A model generated the notes under the pieces. It was given only the letters and a program-made list of their open reading frames with translations, was not told the DNA's origin and searched no databases. A program made the position numbers and the translations under genes. 64,000 nt of DNA, taken from IMG/VR virus record IMGVR_UViG_3300045988_133735; one strand, given 5' to 3'. The stretch's first letter is position 1. Each line of letters opens with the position of its first letter. Source of the stretch: a virus. Shown piece by piece: positions 25,001-34,650 of this stretch.

Positions 25001-25237
25001 ATGTATTATCTTATCAATAATGAAATGGATCAATCCAGATCTATTTATAAACATCCGAGAATGGGACGTTTTTATCGTGGTGAATTTACAGGATTAAACG
25101 GCAGATATGATGGTATGAAAGTTTATACTTGCAAAACTTTAAAAAGAATTCTGAGTCTCCGTGAAGCTGTACATAATTATTCAGGCGAGTGGTTCGATGT
25201 TTATGATGAAAATGGACAGGTAAACATTGATGAATGA
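25001..25237 (+). CDS. hypothetical protein
   Basis: ORF track. RBS aAGGAGaatttgccatATG. Confidence 0.55.
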   Translation: MYYLINNEMDQSRSIYKHPRMGRFYRGEFTGLNGRYDGMKVYTCKTLKRILSLREAVHNYSGEWFDVYDENGQVNIDE

Positions 25238-25469
25238 TCTTCAAAAATTGGCTATTCCAAAAAAGGAACGACTCGAAGTTCAACTTATTGATGGAACCGA
25301 AGAACATAATGTCAAATACGTCATCACGTCGCTGGCAACTATCAAAGGTGACGATATCTTTAAGAATTTCCGATTGTACTCAGTTGGCGACGATGGGCGA
25401 CTGACTCAGATAGAAAAACGGGATAGTGATCCATATTTTAGCGCATTGAAAGGAACAGAGTTCGAATGA
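25227..25469 (+). CDS. hypothetical protein
   Basis: ORF track. It overlaps its neighbours by a few nt, an operon-style arrangement. Confidence 0.5.
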   Translation: MMNDLQKLAIPKKERLEVQLIDGTEEHNVKYVITSLATIKGDDIFKNFRLYSVGDDGRLTQIEKRDSDPYFSALKGTEFE

Positions 25470-25672
25470 AACCATATGTACCAGCAGGCGAAACATTCCA
25501 CAGCTACTATAAACCTGACGATTCTGAGTATGAATGGATGATAACTTATAAAGAAATCCCAATCAGTGGCGGTTTCTACACCAGATATTATCTATATAGA
25601 ATCAAACACAACGGCAAAATGAAATGCGTGGAAGAAAAAGATGGATCGCCACTTTTCGAAACAACATGGTGA
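25466..25672 (+). CDS. hypothetical protein
   Basis: ORF track. ATGA overlap with the previous stop. Confidence 0.5.
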   Translation: MKPYVPAGETFHSYYKPDDSEYEWMITYKEIPISGGFYTRYYLYRIKHNGKMKCVEEKDGSPLFETTW

Positions 25673-25679
25673 GGAGTGT

Positions 25680-25880
25680 ATGAATAATGATGAACGAACC
25701 AAAAGTGGACTCAAAGGAGATCTCGAAGAACTTAAAGTTGCTTGGAATCACTTTGAGTTTTGTGAGCCTGAGTATATCGATCGTGCAATTGATGATCTCC
25801 GAAACGCTGAGGAAGCTCTCTCAGGAACGTTAAGGAGAGCACGTCATGAAAAGTTGGAAGCGTCGATATCTAAAACTTAA
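25680..25880 (+). CDS. hypothetical protein
   Basis: Frame of track ORF 25641..25880. ATG 25680 follows GAGGAGtgt. Confidence 0.5.
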   Translation: MNNDERTKSGLKGDLEELKVAWNHFEFCEPEYIDRAIDDLRNAEEALSGTLRRARHEKLEASISKT

Positions 25881-26049
25881 TTATCAAGACGAAAATTTAT
25901 GCTGGAGGCTCCGCTACGGAAATCGATATGAAATTGTAGCAGAGTTGGACGAAATCTATTTCTTATGGGCACACGGCACGATGGTCGCATTCCCCAAATA
26001 TTGGAAATATGATTACGACGTAGAAGTCGAAATAGTAAATACAGAATAA
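25846..26049 (+). CDS. hypothetical protein
   Basis: ORF track. RBS tAAGGAGagcacgtcATG. Confidence 0.5.
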   Translation: MKSWKRRYLKLNYQDENLCWRLRYGNRYEIVAELDEIYFLWAHGTMVAFPKYWKYDYDVEVEIVNTE

Positions 26050-26067
26050 GAAGGGAGGTGGGGCCTT

Positions 26068-26262
26068 GTGGTTTCAGGAATTGACCAAAGAGAGTTGGGT
26101 CGCAAAGAACGCGCCACAGCAGAATATTATCGTCAGTTACGGCGATACAGTTACGAATGTGGCGAGGTTATTACATATAAATTATCGCCAGAACAGATGA
26201 AACAGGTGCTGACGGGCGAAAAAACAGTAGATGATTTTATAAGGGAGGGTGTAAATGACTGA
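26068..26262 (+). CDS. hypothetical protein
   Basis: ORF track. GTG start after GGGAGG. Confidence 0.45.
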   Translation: MVSGIDQRELGRKERATAEYYRQLRRYSYECGEVITYKLSPEQMKQVLTGEKTVDDFIREGVND

Positions 26263-26473
26263 TTTACTTGAAAAAGAAATCCATGTTGGTGATACGGTTC
26301 TTCGGGCAAGAACATACAAGAGTACGGGAGTTCTTTGGAGTATTCATAAAGTCGTAGGCATTATGAACGTAATGATCAAAGTTCAAGATGGGGAAAACAC
26401 AACAAACGTGGCACCTCGTAATTGTATCGTAATTGACGAGAATGATATTCCAGAAAACTGGCGCGATGAATAA
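26255..26473 (+). CDS. hypothetical protein
   Basis: ORF track. RBS GGGAGGgtgtaaATG. Confidence 0.5.
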   Translation: MTDLLEKEIHVGDTVLRARTYKSTGVLWSIHKVVGIMNVMIKVQDGENTTNVAPRNCIVIDENDIPENWRDE

Positions 26474-26487
26474 GGAGGATTTCGAAA

Positions 26488-27177
26488 GTGGAAGTTAAGT
26501 TGATTTCATATTCACAACCAGTCAATTCAGATGGAGATAAAAATCCGTTGTCGATTGCAGAGCTGGCAGCGAGTGTCTGTTATGATTCTGAACCGACAGA
26601 TACATATCGAATCGTAAAGGGATGCAAAGCGACGGGTCATCGGAGTGTGCTTGAACACATTTCGTTTACGTTTGAAGTAAGCGGCGTCAGTCGAGCACTG
26701 TTGGCACAGTTAAGTCGTCATCGTCATATCAGCTTGAGTGTACAGTCACAGAGATATGTTTCCATGGACAATTTTGATTATGTCAATCCGTTCAATGGAG
26801 AAGACGCGGACGTGTTTAATAACATGATGGCAGACGCTGCAAACAACTACAGAATTCTCAAAGAGTATCACAACGCTGCCAATGAAAACGCCCGCGCTGT
26901 TCTGCCAAACGCTTGTTGTACCAAGTTGTACGTCACAATCAATGCGCGGTCACTAATTGAAATGAGCCATCTACGTCTTTGCACTCGAGCACAAGGTGAA
27001 ATCCGGTCGATGTTTCAGTTAATCAAGAGTCAAGTCGCCACAGTTTGCCCTGAACTTGCCGCATGGATGGTTCCGTCCTGTGAAGCAAATCCCAAGTATC
27101 CGTTCTGTCCTGAAGGTAACCGCTGCTGTGGCCGTCACCCAAAGTTGGCAGATATATATAAAACCGTAGAGAAGTAA
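26488..27177 (+). CDS. thyX: flavin-dependent thymidylate synthase ThyX
   Basis: ThyX signature ...HRSVLEH... and LSRHRHISLSVQSQRY (RHRxxSxxxxSxR). Confidence 0.85.
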   Translation: MEVKLISYSQPVNSDGDKNPLSIAELAASVCYDSEPTDTYRIVKGCKATGHRSVLEHISFTFEVSGVSRALLAQLSRHRHISLSVQSQRYVSMDNFDYVNPFNGEDADVFNNMMADAANNYRILKEYHNAANENARAVLPNACCTKLYVTINARSLIEMSHLRLCTRAQGEIRSMFQLIKSQVATVCPELAAWMVPSCEANPKYPFCPEGNRCCGRHPKLADIYKTVEK

Positions 27178-27188
27178 GGAGAGTACAT

Positions 27189-28154
27189 ATGAACATTAAC
27201 AATTGCGATATCCTGTTTGAGGGCGGCCGCCTGCGTCTGGTTTACGATATGCCGGGTTTTAATTTTCCGATGACTTTGGTTCATGCGCGTTCCAATCACG
27301 AACTGAACGAAAAAGCTATGAAGATCTTCGAGCCGAAGGAATGGATTCATTATTTGGCTGAACAGGGCGCTGGCAAGACCATTTCTCCCGTACACCCTTT
27401 GCTCGCAGATGCTTACAAGAACCACAAGGAGGATTATATGGCTGTTTTGAATAGTATCAAAGACGAAAAGATTGAACCTGAAACCTGTGACTGCCCCGAC
27501 TGCGATGATGATGAACTGGTTGGAACTGTTGTTGTGACTGCCACAGGCGAGGTTGACGAAGAGACTGGGCATCGCCTTGGACGACTGGAGATTGGCTGCC
27601 TGAAAGAAATGGACACAGATGCACTGCGGGCGTTGGCGGATGATCTTGACATCGATGGCTTCGATACCATGCCCCGTCTGTCTCTGATTTTTGCGATTCA
27701 TGAGCAGGATATCGATATGGACGACTCCGAGTGCGACTACGATTGCGAAAATTGCGAGTATGGAGAGATGATTGGCGACGGCGATTGCATCTGTCACTAT
27801 GAAGAAGATGACTCCGTTGAAGACGAAAAAGAAAACGACGATGCTGACGATTGTGATGGCGATTGCGAGAACTGTGAGTACGCAGACCTAAACGATCACG
27901 AAGATGAGTCCGAGGACTCTGCCGATTACGAGTATGTAGATGGTCCCGCTCACTATCATGGCACTGAGTGCATCGAAAAAATGCGTAAGTTGTACGGCGA
28001 CGATGCTGTTCGCTGGTTCTGTATCTGCAATGCCTACAAATATCGTTTCCGTAATGGCTCTAAGCCAGGTGTGACCGCAGAGCAGGATGAAGAAAAGGCT
28101 CGTTGGTATGAGAATTACGCCGCAAATATGATGGGTGAGCAGCGGTACTATTGA
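27189..28154 (+). CDS. acidic Cys-rich protein with C-terminal DUF3310-like domain
   Basis: C-terminus HYHGTECIEKMRKLYGDDAVRWFCICNAYKYRFRNGSK resembles the DUF3310 phage family. The middle part has duplicated C-D-x-D-C-E-N-C-E-Y motifs. Confidence 0.5.
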   Translation: MNINNCDILFEGGRLRLVYDMPGFNFPMTLVHARSNHELNEKAMKIFEPKEWIHYLAEQGAGKTISPVHPLLADAYKNHKEDYMAVLNSIKDEKIEPETCDCPDCDDDELVGTVVVTATGEVDEETGHRLGRLEIGCLKEMDTDALRALADDLDIDGFDTMPRLSLIFAIHEQDIDMDDSECDYDCENCEYGEMIGDGDCICHYEEDDSVEDEKENDDADDCDGDCENCEYADLNDHEDESEDSADYEYVDGPAHYHGTECIEKMRKLYGDDAVRWFCICNAYKYRFRNGSKPGVTAEQDEEKARWYENYAANMMGEQRYY

Positions 28155-28171
28155 TAAGGAGGTAATGGAGT

Positions 28172-30634
28172 ATGGAGTATGTAATCAAACGCAATGGCGT
28201 AAAAGCTCCGTTCGACAAGTCTAAGATCGTAAATGCGATTGAAAAGGCGATGAACGATTCCTCTGATTCGGTTAATCACAAATTGAGCGAGCAAATTGCA
28301 AATGAAATCGCAGCTATCAACCAGCCGATGGATGTTGAAGCGATTCAGAATGCCGTAGAAAATCGATTGATGCAGAGCTGCCATTATGAAACCGCTCGCT
28401 GCTACATGAATTATCGCTATCTGCACGGTATTGCCCGTAATAAGTACAAAGAGCTGATGGATACGGTCGATGAAAAGCTAATGGGTAAGAAGATCGACAA
28501 TCAAAATGCCAATGTTGATGAAGCATCTTTCGGTGGTCGTACTGGTGAGATGAGCCGTGTTGTTTCTAAGCGTTATGCGCTGGATTATTGTATGTCAGAT
28601 CTCGCAAAGAAGGACCATGAGAACAACGAAATCTACACTCATGACCTCGATAATTATGCTGTCGGCGATCACAACTGTACGAGTTGCAATATAGATAAGC
28701 ATTTGGCTAAGGGATTTAAGACTCGTCAGGTTGATATTCGTCCTGCTCAGTCTATCAATACGGCATATCAGCTTGTGGCAGTTTTGTTCCAGATCCAGTC
28801 ACTTTCCCAATTTGGTGGGATTGCAGCAACACACTTCGATTTCAGTATGATGCCTTATGTTCGGAAGAGCTTCACAAAGCATCTTCAGGATGGTCTGGTT
28901 TACATCAAAAAGAAATCCACATATAAAGCCGATCGTTTCAGAAAGTGGCTTGAGCACGATGAAAATCATCCAGACGGTACTATCCATTTTGATGATGCAG
29001 AATTTCAGGCACAACATCCTGATGCTTGGGATTACGCAATGGAGATGACTCGTCGTGAATGTAAGCAGGCAACTGAGGGTCTGCTCCACAATTTGAACAG
29101 TCTACAATCTCGTAGTGGCAATCAGCTTCCATTCAGCTCAATCAACTTTGGCCTTTGTACCGAAGAAGAAGGACGAATGGTCACGAGGGAATTCCTAGAA
29201 GGTCTGATTCGCGGCACTGGAAAGTATCATCGGACGAGTATTTTCCCATGTGCTATTTTCCAGAAAAAGATTGGCGTAAACCAGAAACCTGGCGACCCAA
29301 ACTATGACCTGTATCGTCTGGCTTTGAAATCGACTGCACAGCGGCTGTATCCAAATTACTGCAACTGCGATTGGAGCAATCAGAAGGCGGCTGTTCAGTA
29401 TGACCGTAAAGTAAAGCAAGAAGTTCTGGACGCACTGAACCCTGCAGAAAAGAAACGTCTGTATGATGTATTGTCAAAAGATAACGACCTTGCCAATAAG
29501 CTGTATATTGTCGCTTATAAGGGCGACTTGATGATTAACAAGGAGTACGAAGCTCCATTTGAAATCAGCAGTACAATGGGTTGTCGAACTTGGAATTCCT
29601 ATGATATTAACTTCAAAGAGGTATATGAGGCTAATATTCAATCAGTTATTAAAACTGGTCGGTTACGATTTGACGATCTGCTGTCGGCTGCTCAGAAGGA
29701 CGGTCGTGGTAACATCTGTCCTGTGACTATTATTCTTCCGACACTGGCAATGGAAGCCGAACATGCGGTTTCTGTGCGGGATTATCACGATTGCCGAGAT
29801 ACAGTCACAGAATTTATGAAAATCCTCGACCAGAAGTTACATGAAGCAAAGCAGATTTTGATTGAGCGGTTTGATTGGATTTGTTCTCAGTCTCCTGCAT
29901 CTGCAAAGTTCATGTGGGATAACGGAGTTCTTGCTGGGTATGACGGTGTCGATATCCGATCTGCTATGAAACATGGAACTCTGGCAATCGGTATGCTTGG
30001 TATGGCTGAAACACTTCAGATTCTGATTGGTAAAAACCAGCTTGATCCGTATGGTATGGAAGTTGCAAAAGAGATTTGCCAGCTGTACAAGGATCGTTGT
30101 GAGGAATTTAAGAACGAAACATCGTTAAACTTCGGCGTATACTTTACCCCCGCAGAAAATCTGTGTTTCACAGCTATGACGAAGTTCAAAGAAAAGTATG
30201 GTGAGATTCCAAACGTGTCTGACAAGAAATTTTTTACAAATAGCGTTCACGTACCAGTGTGGGAAGAGGTGACACCGTTTGAAAAAATCGATGTCGAGTC
30301 TCAGCTGGATTCGTATTCTAGTGCAGGCTGTATCTTGTATACAGAATTTGACGCGACTGTAAAACACAATATCAATGCACTTGAGACTGTTGTAAATTAT
30401 GCAATGGATCACGATGTTCCATATTTTGCAGTGAATGTTCCGAACGATACCTGTGTTGATTGTGGGTACTGCGATGAGATAAATGATACTTGTCCACAGT
30501 GTGGTAGTCGTAATATTGAGAGACTGCGTCGTGTGACAGGTTATATTACCGGGAACTATACAACAGCTTTCAACCTTGGCAAACAACAAGAAGTTGAGTT
30601 GCGTGTTAAGCACAACCGGGTAGTACATAAATAA
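28172..30634 (+). CDS. nrdD: anaerobic ribonucleoside-triphosphate reductase NrdD (class III RNR)
   Basis: N-terminal ATP-cone (VIKRNGVKAPFDKSKI). C-terminal Zn ribbon CVDCGYC...CPQCG followed by the glycyl-radical motif RRVTGYITG. Confidence 0.85.
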   Translation: MEYVIKRNGVKAPFDKSKIVNAIEKAMNDSSDSVNHKLSEQIANEIAAINQPMDVEAIQNAVENRLMQSCHYETARCYMNYRYLHGIARNKYKELMDTVDEKLMGKKIDNQNANVDEASFGGRTGEMSRVVSKRYALDYCMSDLAKKDHENNEIYTHDLDNYAVGDHNCTSCNIDKHLAKGFKTRQVDIRPAQSINTAYQLVAVLFQIQSLSQFGGIAATHFDFSMMPYVRKSFTKHLQDGLVYIKKKSTYKADRFRKWLEHDENHPDGTIHFDDAEFQAQHPDAWDYAMEMTRRECKQATEGLLHNLNSLQSRSGNQLPFSSINFGLCTEEEGRMVTREFLEGLIRGTGKYHRTSIFPCAIFQKKIGVNQKPGDPNYDLYRLALKSTAQRLYPNYCNCDWSNQKAAVQYDRKVKQEVLDALNPAEKKRLYDVLSKDNDLANKLYIVAYKGDLMINKEYEAPFEISSTMGCRTWNSYDINFKEVYEANIQSVIKTGRLRFDDLLSAAQKDGRGNICPVTIILPTLAMEAEHAVSVRDYHDCRDTVTEFMKILDQKLHEAKQILIERFDWICSQSPASAKFMWDNGVLAGYDGVDIRSAMKHGTLAIGMLGMAETLQILIGKNQLDPYGMEVAKEICQLYKDRCEEFKNETSLNFGVYFTPAENLCFTAMTKFKEKYGEIPNVSDKKFFTNSVHVPVWEEVTPFEKIDVESQLDSYSSAGCILYTEFDATVKHNINALETVVNYAMDHDVPYFAVNVPNDTCVDCGYCDEINDTCPQCGSRNIERLRRVTGYITGNYTTAFNLGKQQEVELRVKHNRVVHK

Positions 30635-30653
30635 ATAGTTCGCGTAAAGCGAA

Positions 30654-30668
30654 GGGTGGGTGGGTAGG
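30654..30668 (+). promoter_or_regulatory. G-tract motif GGGTGGGTGGGTAGG (copy 2 of 3)
   Basis: Intergenic after nrdD. It is preceded by a ttcgc-gtaaa-gcgaa hairpin and followed by tttgTATTATG. Confidence 0.4.
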
Positions 30669-30677
30669 ATTTGTATT

Positions 30678-30899
30678 ATGGAAGTTCGTAAAAGTTTAAG
30701 AGATATCGTAATGTTCGCGTCATTGAACTTTGGAGACCCTTTCTGGTTTTGTGACAGACTTTATATTAAGGCTGAACCATGGGAGAACGAAGATGGCGAT
30801 CATGTGAATACAGGAGTCGATATCTTAAATGGTAAAGCTTCAATATTTTTAAGCGATCAAAAAGTAGAAATTGCTCATGTACATGCACAGGAAGATTGA
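30678..30899 (+). CDS. hypothetical protein
   Basis: Frame of track ORF 30660..30899. ATG 30678 is preferred (MEVRK...). Confidence 0.5.
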   Translation: MEVRKSLRDIVMFASLNFGDPFWFCDRLYIKAEPWENEDGDHVNTGVDILNGKASIFLSDQKVEIAHVHAQED

Positions 30900-30912
30900 G
30901 GGGGTATCATTT

Positions 30913-31122
30913 ATGAGTTGTTTTGAATCAGGACCGATTACACAAGAACAACAAGAACGTATCAATGGTATTGTTCACGATGCCGCTTGGCTTGAGAAAT
31001 GTATTGATACAAACTGCAAACCAAGCCGTGAGAAAGCATTAGCACTGAACGCACTTGAAGAATGTGTGATGTGGGCCAATAAATCCATTTCGCATGAGGA
31101 GGTCAAAGTTGCAAGTGACTAA
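30913..31122 (+). CDS. hypothetical protein
   Basis: Frame of track ORF 30871..31122. ATG 30913 follows GAGGGGGtatcattt. Confidence 0.5.
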   Translation: MSCFESGPITQEQQERINGIVHDAAWLEKCIDTNCKPSREKALALNALEECVMWANKSISHEEVKVASD

Positions 31123-31276
31123 ATTCACAACTAATAAAATCAGCTTCGATGACGGTAAAACATGGTCAGATGCGTGCTTTATTGATGAATCAAAATACCC
31201 AGCGCCTGAGATTCATCCAACTGGCGGGTGGGGAAATCCAATCAATATTTCGAACAGTCAGGAGGTTTTAAAATGA
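31109..31276 (+). CDS. hypothetical protein
   Basis: Frame of track ORF 31094..31276. TTG 31109 lies 6 nt after GAGGAGG. The start is uncertain. Confidence 0.4.
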   Translation: MQVTKFTTNKISFDDGKTWSDACFIDESKYPAPEIHPTGGWGNPINISNSQEVLK

Positions 31277-31473
31277 AGGTGTGGCAAAAATTTCTAGGAG
31301 TGCTGTTATTCCTTATCGTTCAATATTTTATTTCTTGGGCGTTTACTGCTGGTACCCTGTGGTGCATTTTCGCTCTGCTTGACAAACCATTCTCGCTCAA
31401 GGTAGCAACTGGTATTTGGCTTGCAGCAGTTCTTATTCAAAGCGTTATCAGAGGAACCATTAAGGGGAAGTAA
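31273..31473 (+). CDS. small two-TM membrane protein
   Basis: Frame of track ORF 31228..31473. ATG 31273 follows cAGGAGGttttaaa. Two hydrophobic helices. Confidence 0.5.
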   Translation: MKVWQKFLGVLLFLIVQYFISWAFTAGTLWCIFALLDKPFSLKVATGIWLAAVLIQSVIRGTIKGK

Positions 31474-31485
31474 TAGGGTGTCAAT

Positions 31486-31590
31486 ATGAAAAATAAAAAG
31501 CTAACGCTGCAACAATCTTTTTGGGCTATCACACTTGCAACGATTACCACATGGGTATTGATTGCTGGCATCGTATACTTGGTTCTGTAA
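31486..31590 (+). CDS. possible 34-aa single-pass membrane peptide
   Basis: Hand translation MKNKKLTLQQSFWAITLATITTWVLIAGIVYLVL*. The RBS is weak. Confidence 0.3.
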   Translation: MKNKKLTLQQSFWAITLATITTWVLIAGIVYLVL

Positions 31591-31633
31591 AGCAGGGATG
31601 GTGATATACATAGATATTCAAAGACAGTGGGCG

Positions 31634-32116
31634 ATGCCCAGCAAGAATACATTTGATATCAAGCCTATTAAAGAATTGATTCAGTCAGAACTAACTAACG
31701 GGACATGGATTGACCCGTTTGCGAATCAGAATAAGTTGGCAGCTATTACAAATGACTTGAATCCAGATTTTGATACGGACTATCACATGGATGCACTCGA
31801 TTTCTTGAAAACATTTCAAAATGAATCAGTTGATGGTGTGTTATATGACCCGCCATATTCTCCGCGTCAGGTGACAGAGTGTTATCAGGGAGTCGGCATG
31901 AATGTGACGAGCGAAACAACACGGGCATCATTCTGGGGAAATCAGAAGAAGGAAATATCCAGAATTGTAAAACCCGGCGGAAAGGTCATTACATTCGGTT
32001 GGAACTCCGGTGGCATAGGGCGTAAGTATGGGTTTGAAATCACTCGTATTCTTTTGGTCCCACACGGTGGCTGGCACAATGATACGATTTGCACAGTTGA
32101 AATAAAAGTAGCATGA
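31634..32116 (+). CDS. DNA methyltransferase (DPPY motif; N6-adenine or N4-cytosine class)
   Basis: VDGVLYDPPYSPRQV (motif IV) followed by IVKPGGKVITFGW. The start could also be ATG 31598. Confidence 0.6.
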   Translation: MPSKNTFDIKPIKELIQSELTNGTWIDPFANQNKLAAITNDLNPDFDTDYHMDALDFLKTFQNESVDGVLYDPPYSPRQVTECYQGVGMNVTSETTRASFWGNQKKEISRIVKPGGKVITFGWNSGGIGRKYGFEITRILLVPHGGWHNDTICTVEIKVA

Positions 32117-32131
32117 AAGGAGCACGGTGGT

Positions 32132-32410
32132 ATGACAATTGAACGCGCAATTGAAATCCTTGACCCAGAACATCGTGAACATTACGAATCTATTGACCCT
32201 GTTAACGATGCTTGTCGTATGGGAATGGAAGCACTTGAAAAAGAAATCCCTATGAAGCCAGAACACCTTGGTCCTGTAAATGATTGGATTGAGAATCTGT
32301 ATTGTCCAAGGTGTGGGAATTATTACGATATATACAATGCTGTGAAAATGCCAAACAAACGTTGTGGCACATGCGGACAAGCAATAGATTGGAGTGAATA
32401 TTATCATTAA
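32132..32410 (+). CDS. hypothetical zinc-ribbon protein
   Basis: CPRCG...CGTCG. RBS aAGGAGcacggtggtATG. Confidence 0.5.
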   Translation: MTIERAIEILDPEHREHYESIDPVNDACRMGMEALEKEIPMKPEHLGPVNDWIENLYCPRCGNYYDIYNAVKMPNKRCGTCGQAIDWSEYYH

Positions 32411-32424
32411 AGGAAGTGATGTAA

Positions 32425-32625
32425 ATGTTAGCTGATATTGTTTGGTTTATGACCAAAGCTTATATTATTTTGATTTTCACAGCAGCTGTGATTCGCTCTG
32501 AACAGATTCTGTATAATACTTCTACATATGTTTTCCGAGGCGACAAAAAGAATGGAATGTATGGCTGTGTCGCACTGAATGTTTTTATTATCGCTTGTGC
32601 GAGTCTATGGACGGTGATGTTTTAA
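32425..32625 (+). CDS. small membrane protein
   Basis: ORF track. Two hydrophobic segments. Confidence 0.45.
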   Translation: MLADIVWFMTKAYIILIFTAAVIRSEQILYNTSTYVFRGDKKNGMYGCVALNVFIIACASLWTVMF

Positions 32626-32904
32626 ATGAACTATATGAAACTAGTTAATGCTGATGGATTAAAGGATTGTCTTTTGCTGGAAGGAAATCTTGGACATATC
32701 AAAACTCTAAAAGATGTTGAACGAGTTATTGATTTTCAAGTAGATCGCCAGCCAACAACTGTATTTGAGTTCGTAGATAATTGTGAGAGCTCGGCATGGG
32801 TGTGTGATTATTGTGGTGGCGGAATTAAAGGGCAAGAGTCGCCCGAAAGCCTTGGCTATAATCGTTGCCCGTTCTGCGGTCTTTTAATCGAGGTGGGAAA
32901 ATGA
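32626..32904 (+). CDS. hypothetical zinc-ribbon protein
   Basis: CDYCGG...CPFCG. The stop overlaps the nrdG start (ATGA). Confidence 0.5.
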   Translation: MNYMKLVNADGLKDCLLLEGNLGHIKTLKDVERVIDFQVDRQPTTVFEFVDNCESSAWVCDYCGGGIKGQESPESLGYNRCPFCGLLIEVGK

Positions 32905-33395
32905 ATTACATGAAAATCATCCCTTGTGATATAGCCAATGGCGAAGGTGTGCGTGTGACTATTTTTGTTTCTGGATGCAATCATCATTGCCCCGGTTGTC
33001 AGAATCCTACCACATGGGATGCAGCTGCCGGCAATCCGTTTGTTGAAGATACAATGCAAGAACTGCTTGATCTGCTTCGGCCTGATTATATTCGCGGTTT
33101 GACGTTCAGCGGGGGAGATCCACTTTTCATTCAGAACCGATTGATTGTTGGCTACATCTGTGAGCGAGTTCGCAAAGAGTTTGGATACACTAAAGACATC
33201 TGGACGTGGACTGGATACGAGTGGGATCAAATCAAAGACTGGGATCACTTGCATTATATAGATATGCTTGTGGATGGTCCATATGTCGAAGCCGAGCGCG
33301 ATATTTCATTGCCGTGGGCTGGAAGCCGAAATCAGAGAGTTATTGATGTAAAGAAAAGTCTTGAGAAAGGAGAAGTTGTGTTATGGCAAAAATGA
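32901..33395 (+). CDS. nrdG: anaerobic ribonucleotide reductase activating protein NrdG (radical SAM)
   Basis: DIANGEGVRVTIFVSGCNHHCPGCQN (CxxxCxxC cluster) and GLTFSGGDP. ATG 32901 is preferred over track start 32865 (GAGGTGGGaaa upstream). Confidence 0.8.
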   Translation: MNYMKIIPCDIANGEGVRVTIFVSGCNHHCPGCQNPTTWDAAAGNPFVEDTMQELLDLLRPDYIRGLTFSGGDPLFIQNRLIVGYICERVRKEFGYTKDIWTWTGYEWDQIKDWDHLHYIDMLVDGPYVEAERDISLPWAGSRNQRVIDVKKSLEKGEVVLWQK

Positions 33396-33622
33396 AGTAT
33401 GAGGCGAAAATAACAATCGAACTTGATATCAATGAACATTTGCTAGATGGTGAAACTCTGGACGAATTTATCAAACATTATGGGTTAACCGAATTCGTTC
33501 TGGCTAACGATTTGGAGTCTTATATCAAAGATGAAGCGGAATATTATCCAAATGTCGAGTACGATAATCCGCGAATCCGTGTTGAAACAATCAAATTGAA
33601 TATTGAAAAGGAGAATAAATAA
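33383..33622 (+). CDS. hypothetical protein
   Basis: ORF track. RBS aAGGAGaagttgtgttATG. Confidence 0.5.
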   Translation: MAKMKYEAKITIELDINEHLLDGETLDEFIKHYGLTEFVLANDLESYIKDEAEYYPNVEYDNPRIRVETIKLNIEKENK

Positions 33623-33623
33623 T

Positions 33624-34112
33624 ATGTCATCTAAAAAAGAATACGTTTATTGTATTTGGGCACACAGTAAAGTGAATGGCCCAAGTCCATACATTTATCG
33701 AATGGTTGCCACAAGTAAAGCAGATGTGAAAAGAAAATGGGCGGAGTCATTTTATTGGCATTTGACGATTGATCATATTGAAAAGGCCGATATTACTCCG
33801 GAATATTTGAATCGCCCATATGACTTTGATGATGATAACGATGATAGACTTATTGGTCAATATATCACTGTTGATCCTAATGAGTCACCACGTCGTACAG
33901 AATTAAGGGATTACGATAAAATGCTTGTTAAAATGTATGAAGATAGTATTAAATCAACATTTGATAATCCTGAAAAAACAGCTTTAGAAACAGCAAAGGC
34001 TTTTCATTATGGAGAACTTATAGATGAAATTTATGAGAGTTGCGGGTTGAAATATACTGGTAATTATGGTCTTGACGATGAAATGCTGGATAAAATGTTA
34101 AAAGGAGAATAA
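33624..34112 (+). CDS. hypothetical protein
   Basis: Frame of track ORF 33603..34112. ATG 33624 follows aAGGAGaataaataat. Confidence 0.5.
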   Translation: MSSKKEYVYCIWAHSKVNGPSPYIYRMVATSKADVKRKWAESFYWHLTIDHIEKADITPEYLNRPYDFDDDNDDRLIGQYITVDPNESPRRTELRDYDKMLVKMYEDSIKSTFDNPEKTALETAKAFHYGELIDEIYESCGLKYTGNYGLDDEMLDKMLKGE

Positions 34113-34116
34113 AATT

Positions 34117-34650
34117 ATGGATTTAGGAAATACGGATATTCATATTAAAGATGGTGGCATTCATAAAGCATATCATCCGCAAGTGAAAATCAACAAGATC
34201 TATGATGATGCACATCTGCCGACCTATGGTTCTAAGTGCGCTGCGTGTGCTGATGTATATGCTTATATTCCTGCAAATCAAGCCGATCTGTTTGATGAGC
34301 ACGGCAATCCCATCATCTATATGCGTCCGCACGAGACTCGTATGATTGGCACTGGCTTGCGTTTTGCTCCGGCTGAAGGTTGGGCAATTCTTGGTTATGC
34401 ACGCAGCGGTCTGGCTACTAAGAGGGGGTTGGCACCGGCAAATTGCGTTGGCGTTATTGATCAAGACTACCGGGGAGAGGCTATGGTTCCACTTCATAAC
34501 CACTCTGATATGCCGCAAGAGATTGTTCATGGTGACCGTATTGCCCAGTTTATGTTCGTTCCGTATTATCAGGCGCAGTTTAATGTGGTTGAGGAACTGG
34601 ATGAGACGGAGCGTGGAGTCGGAGGGTTTGGAAGTACGGGAGTGAAGTAA
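34117..34650 (+). CDS. dut: dUTP diphosphatase (trimeric dUTPase)
   Basis: Motifs ARSGLATKRGL, GVIDQDYRGE and ERGVGGFGSTG. Confidence 0.85.
   Translation: MDLGNTDIHIKDGGIHKAYHPQVKINKIYDDAHLPTYGSKCAACADVYAYIPANQADLFDEHGNPIIYMRPHETRMIGTGLRFAPAEGWAILGYARSGLATKRGLAPANCVGVIDQDYRGEAMVPLHNHSDMPQEIVHGDRIAQFMFVPYYQAQFNVVEELDETERGVGGFGSTGVK

Noticed and set aside
27135-27797. 220-aa - strand ORF.
   Set aside because: It is antisense to the thyX end and the DUF3310-like gene. No start context, and the sequence is low-complexity.
21138-30634. Inteins or additional introns in dnaE, nrdD or thyX, which are common sites in phages.
   Set aside because: All three are continuous ORFs of normal length with motifs in the expected order. 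No HEG-like insert and no in-frame intein blocks were noticed.
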